Source: an uncultured bacterium
Lineage (GTDB): Bacteria; Auribacterota; Erginobacteria; Erginobacterales; Erginobacteraceae
NCBI GenBank assembly: GCA_963822585.1
Contig: CAWGIE010000026.1
Span: 1 to 64,000 of the forward strand
Length of the DNA stretch: 64,000 bases
Reading direction: 5' to 3'
A program made the position numbers and the translations under genes. Shown here one piece after another: positions 37,160-45,256 of the stretch (the stretch's first letter is position 1; each line of letters opens with the position of its first letter). The notes under the pieces were generated by a model. That model made no database searches. It was not told where the DNA came from and saw only the letters and a program-made list of their open reading frames with translations.

Positions 37160-39085
37160 ATGTCTGGAAATATCATATTGAAAACACACCTGACCGCCTT
37201 CCTCATCATCCTCATCCTGGGAGGGGTCATTTACCTAAACAGCCTGGCCGCCTCCTTCCAGTGGGATGACATCCCCCATATCGTCCGGAACCCGGCCCTC
37301 TATGACTGGAGAGACCTCGGCGCCATCTTCAGGTTCTGGCCGACCCGCTGCTTTCTTTTCTGGACGCTGGCCCTGAATTATCGTTTCGGGGGATTGAACG
37401 CGGCCGGGTATCATCTGGTCAACGCCGTTATCCATATTTTTTCCGCCTTCCTGGTCTACCTTATTTTTTTTCGCCTGCGGCGGAAAAAAATAGTTTTAAA
37501 TTCAAACGAAGATCTGCGTGATTATTACACGGCTTTACTGGCCGGGCTGTTGTTTGTCGCTCATCCCCTGCAGACCCAGGCGGTTACCTTTATTGTCCAG
37601 CGCGGGGCAAGCTTGAGCGGTTTCTGCTGCTTGCTTTCCCTCTATTTCTATGCCCGGGGCAGGCAGGAAAAAGTGGCGGCGTATTTTATCGCCGCCTGGA
37701 TCTCCGGCTTACTGGGAATCTTCAGCAAGGAAGGAGCGGCAGCGCTCCCCCTGCTGATCGGACTGTGGGAACTTCTCTTCGGGCCGGAGGAGGGATGGCG
37801 CCGGCGACTGGCCGTCTGGTTCCCGTTTGCCCTCCTCCCGGGCCTTATCCTGATCACCGTCTGGTGGTCCGTCCGTACCGGCGACGCCGGGTTTTATTAC
37901 GCTCTTAACCTCCGGGACAGCCTGCCTTCGGTCGGGCTGGCCGACAGCGCCGACCGCGTCTCCTCACGGTGGATCTATATCGTCACCCAGTTCCGGGTCC
38001 TTCTCATCTATCTCCGGCTGCTTTTTATCCCCGTCAGACAGACCATCTACTATGATCTCCACCCCACGGTATCCTTATTCCGGGGAGCCGCCCTCTTCCC
38101 GGCCCTGGCGTTGGCGTCTTTCGTCGCCCTGGCCGTCCGTCTGATCCGAGTCAACCGGATCATCTCCTTCGGCATCTTCTTCTTCCTCCTCTCCCTGGTC
38201 CCGACCTCTTCGCTGGTCGTCCTGCTTCCCCTGGTCTCGGAGCACCACCTCTACCTGGCCCTGGCCGGCTTCGCCTGGGCCATCCCGGTCATGCTGGGAC
38301 GTTTTTGCCGCGGCAGATGGTTCGGTATTACAGGCGCCCTGATCGTCTTCTGCATGGCCCTGTTGACGTACGCTCGAAACCTGGTCTGGTTGACCCCGCT
38401 TACCCTCTGGCGGGATGCGTTGAGTAAAGCTCCCCACCTCGCTTCCCTTCACGACTCTATGGCCTCCGTGTATATTGAAAGGGGGGAATACGGCGCGGCC
38501 GTCAGGGAGAGCCGAAAAGCCTTTGAGCTGGACCCCGGCTTCAACGCCTCTCAAAATCTCTGGGCCGCGTATCACAATCTGGGCCGCTATGACGCGGCCG
38601 CTGAGATCGCCAGGAGGAGGATCGATCTTTTTCCCGGATCGGCCGACGCTCACGTGGCCCTCGCCCTGACCTTGATCGAGAGGAAGGAGGAGGAGGCGGC
38701 GCAAGGTGAATTGCTGAGAGCGATCGCGCTCGATCCGGACCTTCCCCGGGCCCACCTCCTTCTGGGTAATCTTTATGGGCGCGCGGGGGAAACAAAAAGA
38801 GCCGAGAAGGAACTCCGGGAATCGATCCGCCTCGCGCCCTACCTGATGGCAGGCTATGATGCTCTCGGGGCACTCTATCTCACCCAGGGGAGATGGGGAG
38901 AGGCGGAACATATTTACCGGATCGCTCTGGCGCACAACTCGCGGCATTTGCCGGCCCGACTCTCACTAATCCGCATTTATCGGATACAGGGCCGGGAAGC
39001 GGCCGCCCGCCGGGAGGCGGCCGTGATCGAGAAAATGATCGGGAAACAGGCCTTTGATACGTTCATGAAAACCGTGGCGGAATAG
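37160..39085 (+). CDS. TMTC-like GT-C glycosyltransferase with TPRs (close paralog of 3873-5708)
   Basis: FQWDD, DLGAIF.FWPTR, AHPLQTQAVTFIVQRG, SKEG, SEHHLYL, TLWRD, multiple TPRs. Confidence 0.88.
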   Translation: MSGNIILKTHLTAFLIILILGGVIYLNSLAASFQWDDIPHIVRNPALYDWRDLGAIFRFWPTRCFLFWTLALNYRFGGLNAAGYHLVNAVIHIFSAFLVYLIFFRLRRKKIVLNSNEDLRDYYTALLAGLLFVAHPLQTQAVTFIVQRGASLSGFCCLLSLYFYARGRQEKVAAYFIAAWISGLLGIFSKEGAAALPLLIGLWELLFGPEEGWRRRLAVWFPFALLPGLILITVWWSVRTGDAGFYYALNLRDSLPSVGLADSADRVSSRWIYIVTQFRVLLIYLRLLFIPVRQTIYYDLHPTVSLFRGAALFPALALASFVALAVRLIRVNRIISFGIFFFLLSLVPTSSLVVLLPLVSEHHLYLALAGFAWAIPVMLGRFCRGRWFGITGALIVFCMALLTYARNLVWLTPLTLWRDALSKAPHLASLHDSMASVYIERGEYGAAVRESRKAFELDPGFNASQNLWAAYHNLGRYDAAAEIARRRIDLFPGSADAHVALALTLIERKEEEAAQGELLRAIALDPDLPRAHLLLGNLYGRAGETKRAEKELRESIRLAPYLMAGYDALGALYLTQGRWGEAEHIYRIALAHNSRHLPARLSLIRIYRIQGREAAARREAAVIEKMIGKQAFDTFMKTVAE

Positions 39086-39104
39086 GTCGGCGTTGGGGAA
39101 GAGA

Positions 39105-39149
39105 GTCCGTCCGATCCGTCTGATACGTCCGGTCCGTCCGATACGATCG
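39105..39149 (+). repeat. Family K 9-mer array (GTCCGATCC-like), single arm
   Basis: gtccgtccgatccgtctgatacgtccggtccgtccgatacgatcg. Confidence 0.7.
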
Positions 39150-39162
39150 GGAAAAAGCCGTC

Positions 39163-40617
39163 ATGCCAAAGAAACCATCAACCGGTTTTATCGTCATTCT
39201 CGGTATCGCGGCCCTGGTTTTCGCGGCGGCCATGCTGCAGCCCCGGCAGCTTGCCTCGGCCTGGTGGAAGGTGAAGTTTTTCTTCCTGGAGAGGTACCGT
39301 GAATTCCAGATCGGACAAAACCTGAAAACGATCGACCGCCTGGTGGAGAACGCTCCCCGGGTTGAGATACCGGCGGGCGCCCCGCTCAATCTGCTCTTGG
39401 TCAGTATCGATACCTGCCGGAGCGATCGCCTGGGCTGTTACGGCTGCCCTGATCCGACGACGCCGAATATCGACTCGCTGGCGGCAAAGGGAGCGCGATT
39501 CTCTTCCGTTGTCTGCTCGGCCCCGGTTACGCTGCCGTCGCATGCTACCATCATGACCTCACTCTATCCGCCCACGCACGGGGTGCGGGATAACGGGAGT
39601 TTTCGCCTTGATGAATCGTTTCTGACTCTGGCGGAGATTCTCAAACAAAACGGGTTCGCGACCGGGGCGGTGGTGGGGAGCTTCGTTCTCGATCATCGTT
39701 TCGGTCTCGGCCAGGGATTCGATTATTATCACGACACCTTCCGTAAACCCGGCTCCTACCGGTTCCTTCACAGCCGCTGGCAGGGACACAAGGTCGATAT
39801 TTTCGAAAGCGCCGCCGATGAAGTCACCCTGGAAGCCCTTCGGTGGCTTTCCGCCAATCGGGAGAAAAGGTTCTTCCTCTTTGTTCACTACTATGACCCC
39901 CATGAGCCGTACACGCCTCCCCGAGCATACCGGGATAAATTTCCCTCCAGTCCTTACAACGGCGAGGTCTCCTTCGTGGACGGCTGTCTCTCTCGTCTTT
40001 TCCGTTACCTCGAGAAGACCGGACTCAGCGGTGATACACTGATCTCGATCACGGGTGATCACGGGGAGAGCCTGGGGGAGCACGGCTATACCGGCCACGC
40101 TGATGTCGTTTATGACGAAGTGCTTCTGGTACCCTGGGTCATCGCCGACCCCCGGGAGAAGATGCCGGGCCATGTCATCGCCCGGCAGGTGAGCAGCGTT
40201 GATATCATGCCGACCCTCCTCGACCTCCTCTCGCTCCCGATCCCCGATGGACTGCAGGGCCGCAGCCGCCTTCCGCTCCTTTCCGGGGAGATCGGAGGAG
40301 GAGAGGAGATATCCTATTCCGAGACACTTTTCCCGTTTCTCCGGGGAGGGCAAGATGAGATCTACTGCCTGCGCACGCCGCGGTGGAAACTGATTCGCCG
40401 GATTGCCGGGAACGGCCGGCAAACGGAATCGTTTTTCGACCTCGCCTCCCCCGGCGACGAGAACGCGGACGTTTCCTCCCGTTATCCGGAAGAGGCCGGT
40501 TTTCTTTCACGGCGGCTGGATGAGTACCGGAAACTGGAGCCGGAAAAAAGATTCCAAAGGATGATCGGGGTCGAGGATGATACCCGGAAGAAGCTGAAAG
40601 CGTTGGGGTATTTATAG
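39163..40617 (+). CDS. Membrane-anchored sulfatase-fold protein (Thr at the nucleophile position)
   Basis: SIDTCRSD, VTLPSHATIMT, HYYDPHEPY, TGDHGESLGEH, LKALGYL. Confidence 0.9.
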   Translation: MPKKPSTGFIVILGIAALVFAAAMLQPRQLASAWWKVKFFFLERYREFQIGQNLKTIDRLVENAPRVEIPAGAPLNLLLVSIDTCRSDRLGCYGCPDPTTPNIDSLAAKGARFSSVVCSAPVTLPSHATIMTSLYPPTHGVRDNGSFRLDESFLTLAEILKQNGFATGAVVGSFVLDHRFGLGQGFDYYHDTFRKPGSYRFLHSRWQGHKVDIFESAADEVTLEALRWLSANREKRFFLFVHYYDPHEPYTPPRAYRDKFPSSPYNGEVSFVDGCLSRLFRYLEKTGLSGDTLISITGDHGESLGEHGYTGHADVVYDEVLLVPWVIADPREKMPGHVIARQVSSVDIMPTLLDLLSLPIPDGLQGRSRLPLLSGEIGGGEEISYSETLFPFLRGGQDEIYCLRTPRWKLIRRIAGNGRQTESFFDLASPGDENADVSSRYPEEAGFLSRRLDEYRKLEPEKRFQRMIGVEDDTRKKLKALGYL

Positions 40618-40667
40618 GAAAGATGCTTCGGGAGGCATCTCGTATCCTCCCTCCGGTATCTCCCCTC

Positions 40668-41726
40668 TCATTCCAGCACTTCCGTATCCCGGATCCTCTC
40701 CGCCAGTTCCTCCGTGAATACGGACGCCCCGTCGAAGGTCAGGTGCACCCGGTCGGCGAAGTATTTCGGATCCGAGGCGACACCGGACAGATCCCAAAAA
40801 GCGGCCACGTTGTCGTATTCTTTCATTTTGGGCCGGAGGAAACCCAGCAGCCGGTCGTGGAGGTCGAACCTTTTCCAGATCTCCATCTCATCGGAGCGGA
40901 CCGGTGATAAGCAGACAACGGCGGGGATGCCGTTTTCATGGAGAAGGGAAAGAATCCGGTCGATGTAGTAGCAGTTGTAGGATGAGACCTGGAAGCGCTT
41001 GTATTCCGGAGGAATATCGGTGATCACTTCGACCTTCTCTTTGGTGGGATCGAGATCTTCGTTGAAGTAACCTTTCCCCCGACGATACTTTTTAAGATAA
41101 CCCGCGTATTCATTCTCCCGGAAGCGCCGCGCGCGGGCGATAATATCCGGCAAGCCCTTTCTCAGGGCATATTGTTTCCGGAAAGAGGGCAGCAGGGAAA
41201 GCAGGCGGAAAGGGAGGTAGCGGAAGGGTGGGGCCAACTTCAGAAGCCCGATCTCCGCCAGAAGATCCCGGTCTGCCCGGAAGTAGGGGAAAACGTAGTT
41301 TCGGAGCCGCTCCAGGTCCATGAAATGGTTCCCCAGCAGGGAGATCGGCGATAGCTGGAGAATGACCAGTTCCGGCTTCCTGGCGCCGCCGTTCAGGTAA
41401 CGTTTCAGGAGGATGTAGTTGATGAGATAGGTCTGATCGACATCCACCGAGAAGTTGTAGGCGGACTTGCCGAGCCGCGCCTCCAGCAGCGCCGGCCGGA
41501 TGCCGGCCCAGCCGGTGCAATCCCCGGTGATGAGAATGTCGTAACCTCCCGTCTTCTCCGCTTCCTCCCCCTTGATCCGCATCGCCTCCTGACCGTAGGG
41601 AACCGTGAGAAGGGATCGCTCCGGAATACACTGGAGGGTGATTTCGAAGGTGCCGGCCAGAAGAAGGAAGATGAAAAATCCCCAGGGGAGGTTGCGGCTT
41701 TTCAGTTTGGAAATGTTTATTCTCAT
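40668..41726 (-). CDS. SGNH-like periplasmic partner of the MBOAT (DltD/AlgJ-like role)
   Basis: N-terminal TM, ILITGDC (GDS-like block I), YNFS, KPELVIL, C-terminal FADRVHL..DGA; co-oriented downstream of the MBOAT. Confidence 0.7.
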   Translation of the reverse strand: MRINISKLKSRNLPWGFFIFLLLAGTFEITLQCIPERSLLTVPYGQEAMRIKGEEAEKTGGYDILITGDCTGWAGIRPALLEARLGKSAYNFSVDVDQTYLINYILLKRYLNGGARKPELVILQLSPISLLGNHFMDLERLRNYVFPYFRADRDLLAEIGLLKLAPPFRYLPFRLLSLLPSFRKQYALRKGLPDIIARARRFRENEYAGYLKKYRRGKGYFNEDLDPTKEKVEVITDIPPEYKRFQVSSYNCYYIDRILSLLHENGIPAVVCLSPVRSDEMEIWKRFDLHDRLLGFLRPKMKEYDNVAAFWDLSGVASDPKYFADRVHLTFDGASVFTEELAERIRDTEVLE

Positions 41727-41776
41727 GTATTTTTTCTCAGTCTTTTAACCGCGCGCCGCCACGGGCGGAGCACGGT

Positions 41777-43204
41777 TTAAAAGACGAAGTAAATAAATTC
41801 CTTTCCCCCTTCGACGCCATGGACAATGATCAGATAATAGATGATGAAATAGATAACCCCTCGAATAATGGCGGGCATTTTGAGTATGGCCAGCAGATCG
41901 TTCTTCCGGTACTGCAGGTACTGGATGACGAGGAGCAGCCAGATAAACCGGAAGCAGTGCGTGTAGACAAACCGGATGGACCCCTCCGGCAGGCTGAAAC
42001 GGGTGAAAAGCCCTTTAATCATGAAATAAATCTGTTCGGGAGACTGGGCCCGGAATATCAACCATCCCAGGCAGATCAGGTGAAAAAAGAAAATAATCCG
42101 CGTCAGGAACCAGATCTTGGCCGGGAAAGGGTTCCGGGGTAAGGGGACCTTCTCCAGCCACGGCGTCAATAGACGGTAGCCGATTAAAAGGGCCGCCTGA
42201 TAGGCGCCCCAGAGGATAAAGGTCCAGGCGGCGCCGTGCCAGAGTCCCCCCAGGAGCATGGTAATCGCCAGGTTGCGGTACGTTTCATAGCGGCCTTTTC
42301 TGTTCCCTCCCAGCGGGATATAAAGATAGTCCCGCAGCCAGCTCGAAAGGCTGATGTGCCATCTCTGCCAGAACTGGCGCGGATTGGTGGCGACATAGGG
42401 AATATTGAAATTAACCATAATCTCGAAACCCATGCAGCTTCCCAGTCCGCGGGCGATGTTGGAGTAACCGGCAAAATCGCAGAATATCTGGAAGGCGAAG
42501 GCGTAAAGGGCGATCAGGACGGGGAATCCGTCGTACGGCGGTGCGGATGAAAATACCCGGTCAACAAGCTTGGCCAGGTTGTCGGCAATGTATACTTTCT
42601 GGAAGAGTCCCCAGAAGATCAGGTAACAACCCCGGTAAAACTTCGGCAGGGAGAGTGAACGCGGGGTCAGTATCTGGGGAAGGAGATGACTCGCTCTCTC
42701 GATCGGCCCGGCGACGAGCTGGGGAAAGAAGGCGACAAAGAGGGCAAAATCGAAAAATCTATTGGTTGGCTCCAGCTTTCCCCGGTAAATATCAATTGTG
42801 TAACTCATCGTCTGGAAGGTATAAAATGAGATCCCGAGTGGGAGGATAATCTGCAAGAACCGGGGCTCCAGAGTGACATTAAAATTAATAAGAAGATTCT
42901 GGAGGTTGGATGAGAAAAAATTGAAGTACTTAAAAAACCCCAGAATTGATAGATTGACCAGGATACTGAGGAAGAGGAAGAAGCGTTTTCTCTCCCTGGT
43001 CTTCACCGTATAAATCTTGAGGCCGCAGTAATAGTCGAGGACAGTGGAGAGGAGAATCAGGGAAAGGAACCGCCAGTCCCAGGCGCCGTAAAATACATAG
43101 CTCGCCACCAGCAGCATCCGGTTCTGCCAACGGTGATTGAGAACCAGGTAGAGGCCGTATACGATGACGAAGAAGACGGCGAACTGGAATGAATTGAAGA
43201 GCAT
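41777..43204 (-). CDS. MBOAT O-acyltransferase (AlgI/PatA/DltB family)
   Basis: MLFNS, LPLGISFYTFQ, FFPQLVAGPIER, DFAGYS, FWQRWHISLS.WLRDYLYIPLGG, GLWHGA, FIYF.F. Confidence 0.95.
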   Translation of the reverse strand: MLFNSFQFAVFFVIVYGLYLVLNHRWQNRMLLVASYVFYGAWDWRFLSLILLSTVLDYYCGLKIYTVKTRERKRFFLFLSILVNLSILGFFKYFNFFSSNLQNLLINFNVTLEPRFLQIILPLGISFYTFQTMSYTIDIYRGKLEPTNRFFDFALFVAFFPQLVAGPIERASHLLPQILTPRSLSLPKFYRGCYLIFWGLFQKVYIADNLAKLVDRVFSSAPPYDGFPVLIALYAFAFQIFCDFAGYSNIARGLGSCMGFEIMVNFNIPYVATNPRQFWQRWHISLSSWLRDYLYIPLGGNRKGRYETYRNLAITMLLGGLWHGAAWTFILWGAYQAALLIGYRLLTPWLEKVPLPRNPFPAKIWFLTRIIFFFHLICLGWLIFRAQSPEQIYFMIKGLFTRFSLPEGSIRFVYTHCFRFIWLLLVIQYLQYRKNDLLAILKMPAIIRGVIYFIIYYLIIVHGVEGGKEFIYFVF

Positions 43205-43283
43205 CCGGATTTCCGCTGATAATGTTCAATCCGATGTCTGAAAAATCGGATTAATTCTTACACGGTATTATGGCCAGAACAAC

Positions 43284-45167
43284 ATGGCCCGGCTACAAAA
43301 AAAATATGAAGCCGGCGCCGCCCTCTCCGGGGTGGCGCTCATCATCCTGACGGTCCTGGTCTTCTCTCCTTCCCTGAGCGGAGAATTCCTTAACTGGGAC
43401 GACAACCTGATCGTCGAGCACCACGGCTGGAGAGGGGCGGACGGGCTTAATCTTCGGTGGTGGTTTACCAGTGTCGTGGGAGGAGACTACAAGCCCCTGG
43501 TCTGGGCGTCCTACGCCCTGGATTACGCCTTCTGGGGTCTGAACCCGACCGGGTATCATCTGGGCAATATACTTCTTCACGCGGCCAACGCATTTCTACT
43601 CTATGTACTTCTTCTAAAAGCGGTCGGACCGCGGCGGGTTGACTGCGCGCTCTTTGTCGCCTGTGTCTTCGCCCTTCATCCCCTCCGGGTGGAGCCGGTC
43701 TGCTGGATTACCGGACGCAAGGATGTTCTCTGCGCCTTTTTTTATCTACTCTCCGTCCTCTGCTATCTCCATTACGCGGGGGTCTCTCTGCGGGAGCGGC
43801 TTTTTTACTCTGATCCGGCGCAGCGAATTGTGGGAGAGGCTTCCAGCCTCGATTCCGGAAAAGTCTGTCAATCGGGCCTGGAAGGCCCTCCCACAATGCG
43901 GACCGAATATAGGACCCCGGCATTCCCAATGCGGAACAGAAAAATAAATTATTATATTTTCTCCGTTTTTTGCGCTTTCCTGGCTGCTCTTTCCAAGGCG
44001 TCGGCGGCAACGCTTCCCCTTGTCCTCATCCTGATCGATATTTTCCCCCGGAAGGGGTTTCAGAAAAATCCCGGGAAAGTGCTGCTGGAGAAGGTCCCGT
44101 ATCTCCTCGCGGCCGGGCTCGCGGCGATGGGGGCGCTGGCTGGCCAGGTCACCGGCGGTCTCCTGCTCTCAGTTAGTGATGTCGGTGTCGGCGAGCGGAT
44201 TTCACTAGCCGGGAGGTCATGGCTCTTCTATCTGGTCAAGACCGTCTTTCCGGTTGGCCTGCAGCCGCTGTATCCCCGGATCTCCCCGGCTCTGCTCTCC
44301 GGGACGGCCCGGATTCTTCCTTCGGCGGGAGGCATTGCCCTGACCGGTCTCTTTCTTTATCTCCGGCGAAAGAAGAAACCGGGGGCGCTTTTCTGCTGGC
44401 TTCTCTATCTCGTTCTGTTACTTCCGATATCGGGGCTTTTTCCGACCGGGAAAACGGTCCTGGCCGACCGGTTCAGCTACCTCCCGGCGATGGCCGTTTC
44501 TCTGGCCCTCTACATCGGGCTTATCCGCCTTCCCCGCGGGACCGGAACAACCCGTCGCTGGTTTTTCTGGGGGATTGTTTTCATTCTGGGGCTTTTGACT
44601 ATCCGTCAGGAGATGATCTGGAGGAACTCGGTCAGCCTCTGGCGCTATTCCCTGTCCCGTTTCCCCGCCAGTCCGACCGCCCTCGATAGCCTGGGGAATG
44701 CTCTTTACCGGAGGGGGGAATTCTCTCAATCCGCCGCCCTCCACGCCCGGGCCATTCGGTATAAAAAGGACGACCCGAATATCTACTATAATCTGGCGCT
44801 TTCCCTCACTGTCGGAGGAGAGTATGAAGAGGCACTCCCTTTCTATCGGGAAGCCATCCGCCTCCAGCCGGACCATGTGCGGGCCTGGAACAACCTTGGT
44901 AATGCTCTTTTTCTGCTGGGACGGCTGAAGGAGGCCGGAGCATGTTACCGCGAGGTCATCCGCCTCGTTCCCGATCACGCCGGCGCCCATTGTAATCTGG
45001 GAATTGTTCTTTATGAGAAAGGCGAATATCGGGCGGCGGTGCAGCAGTTGGAGCAGGCGCTGGAAATGAACCCGAAGTTTAACCTGGCCAGAGACTATTA
45101 CTTGAGGGCAAAATTGAACTGTAATAGCGACAAGACCGAGGTGAGACAAAAAGGAGTGATGGAATAA
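43284..45167 (+). CDS. TMTC-like GT-C glycosyltransferase with TPRs and an in-frame REPIN insert
   Basis: FLNWDD, YKPL, HPLRVEPVCWITGRKD, SKA, ADRFSYLP, WRNSVSLW, TPRs. Confidence 0.9.
   Translation: MARLQKKYEAGAALSGVALIILTVLVFSPSLSGEFLNWDDNLIVEHHGWRGADGLNLRWWFTSVVGGDYKPLVWASYALDYAFWGLNPTGYHLGNILLHAANAFLLYVLLLKAVGPRRVDCALFVACVFALHPLRVEPVCWITGRKDVLCAFFYLLSVLCYLHYAGVSLRERLFYSDPAQRIVGEASSLDSGKVCQSGLEGPPTMRTEYRTPAFPMRNRKINYYIFSVFCAFLAALSKASAATLPLVLILIDIFPRKGFQKNPGKVLLEKVPYLLAAGLAAMGALAGQVTGGLLLSVSDVGVGERISLAGRSWLFYLVKTVFPVGLQPLYPRISPALLSGTARILPSAGGIALTGLFLYLRRKKKPGALFCWLLYLVLLLPISGLFPTGKTVLADRFSYLPAMAVSLALYIGLIRLPRGTGTTRRWFFWGIVFILGLLTIRQEMIWRNSVSLWRYSLSRFPASPTALDSLGNALYRRGEFSQSAALHARAIRYKKDDPNIYYNLALSLTVGGEYEEALPFYREAIRLQPDHVRAWNNLGNALFLLGRLKEAGACYREVIRLVPDHAGAHCNLGIVLYEKGEYRAAVQQLEQALEMNPKFNLARDYYLRAKLNCNSDKTEVRQKGVME
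43829..43895. repeat. REPIN-like element inside CDS (same family as 24581)
   Basis: tgtgggagaggcttccagcctcgat-N17-atcgggcctggaaggccctcccaca. Confidence 0.88.
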
Positions 45168-45237
45168 TGGAATGATGGAGTACTGGAGAGCGGGAGGCCA
45201 GGTCCAGCACTCCTGTATTCCATCACTCCAATACTCC
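45153..45237. repeat. Family A hairpin supplying a stop codon
   Basis: ggagtgatggaataatggaatgatggagtactgg ... ccagcactcctgtattccatcactccaatactcc. Confidence 0.88.
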
Positions 45238-45256
45238 TTTCTTCCGTTCCGGGCGC

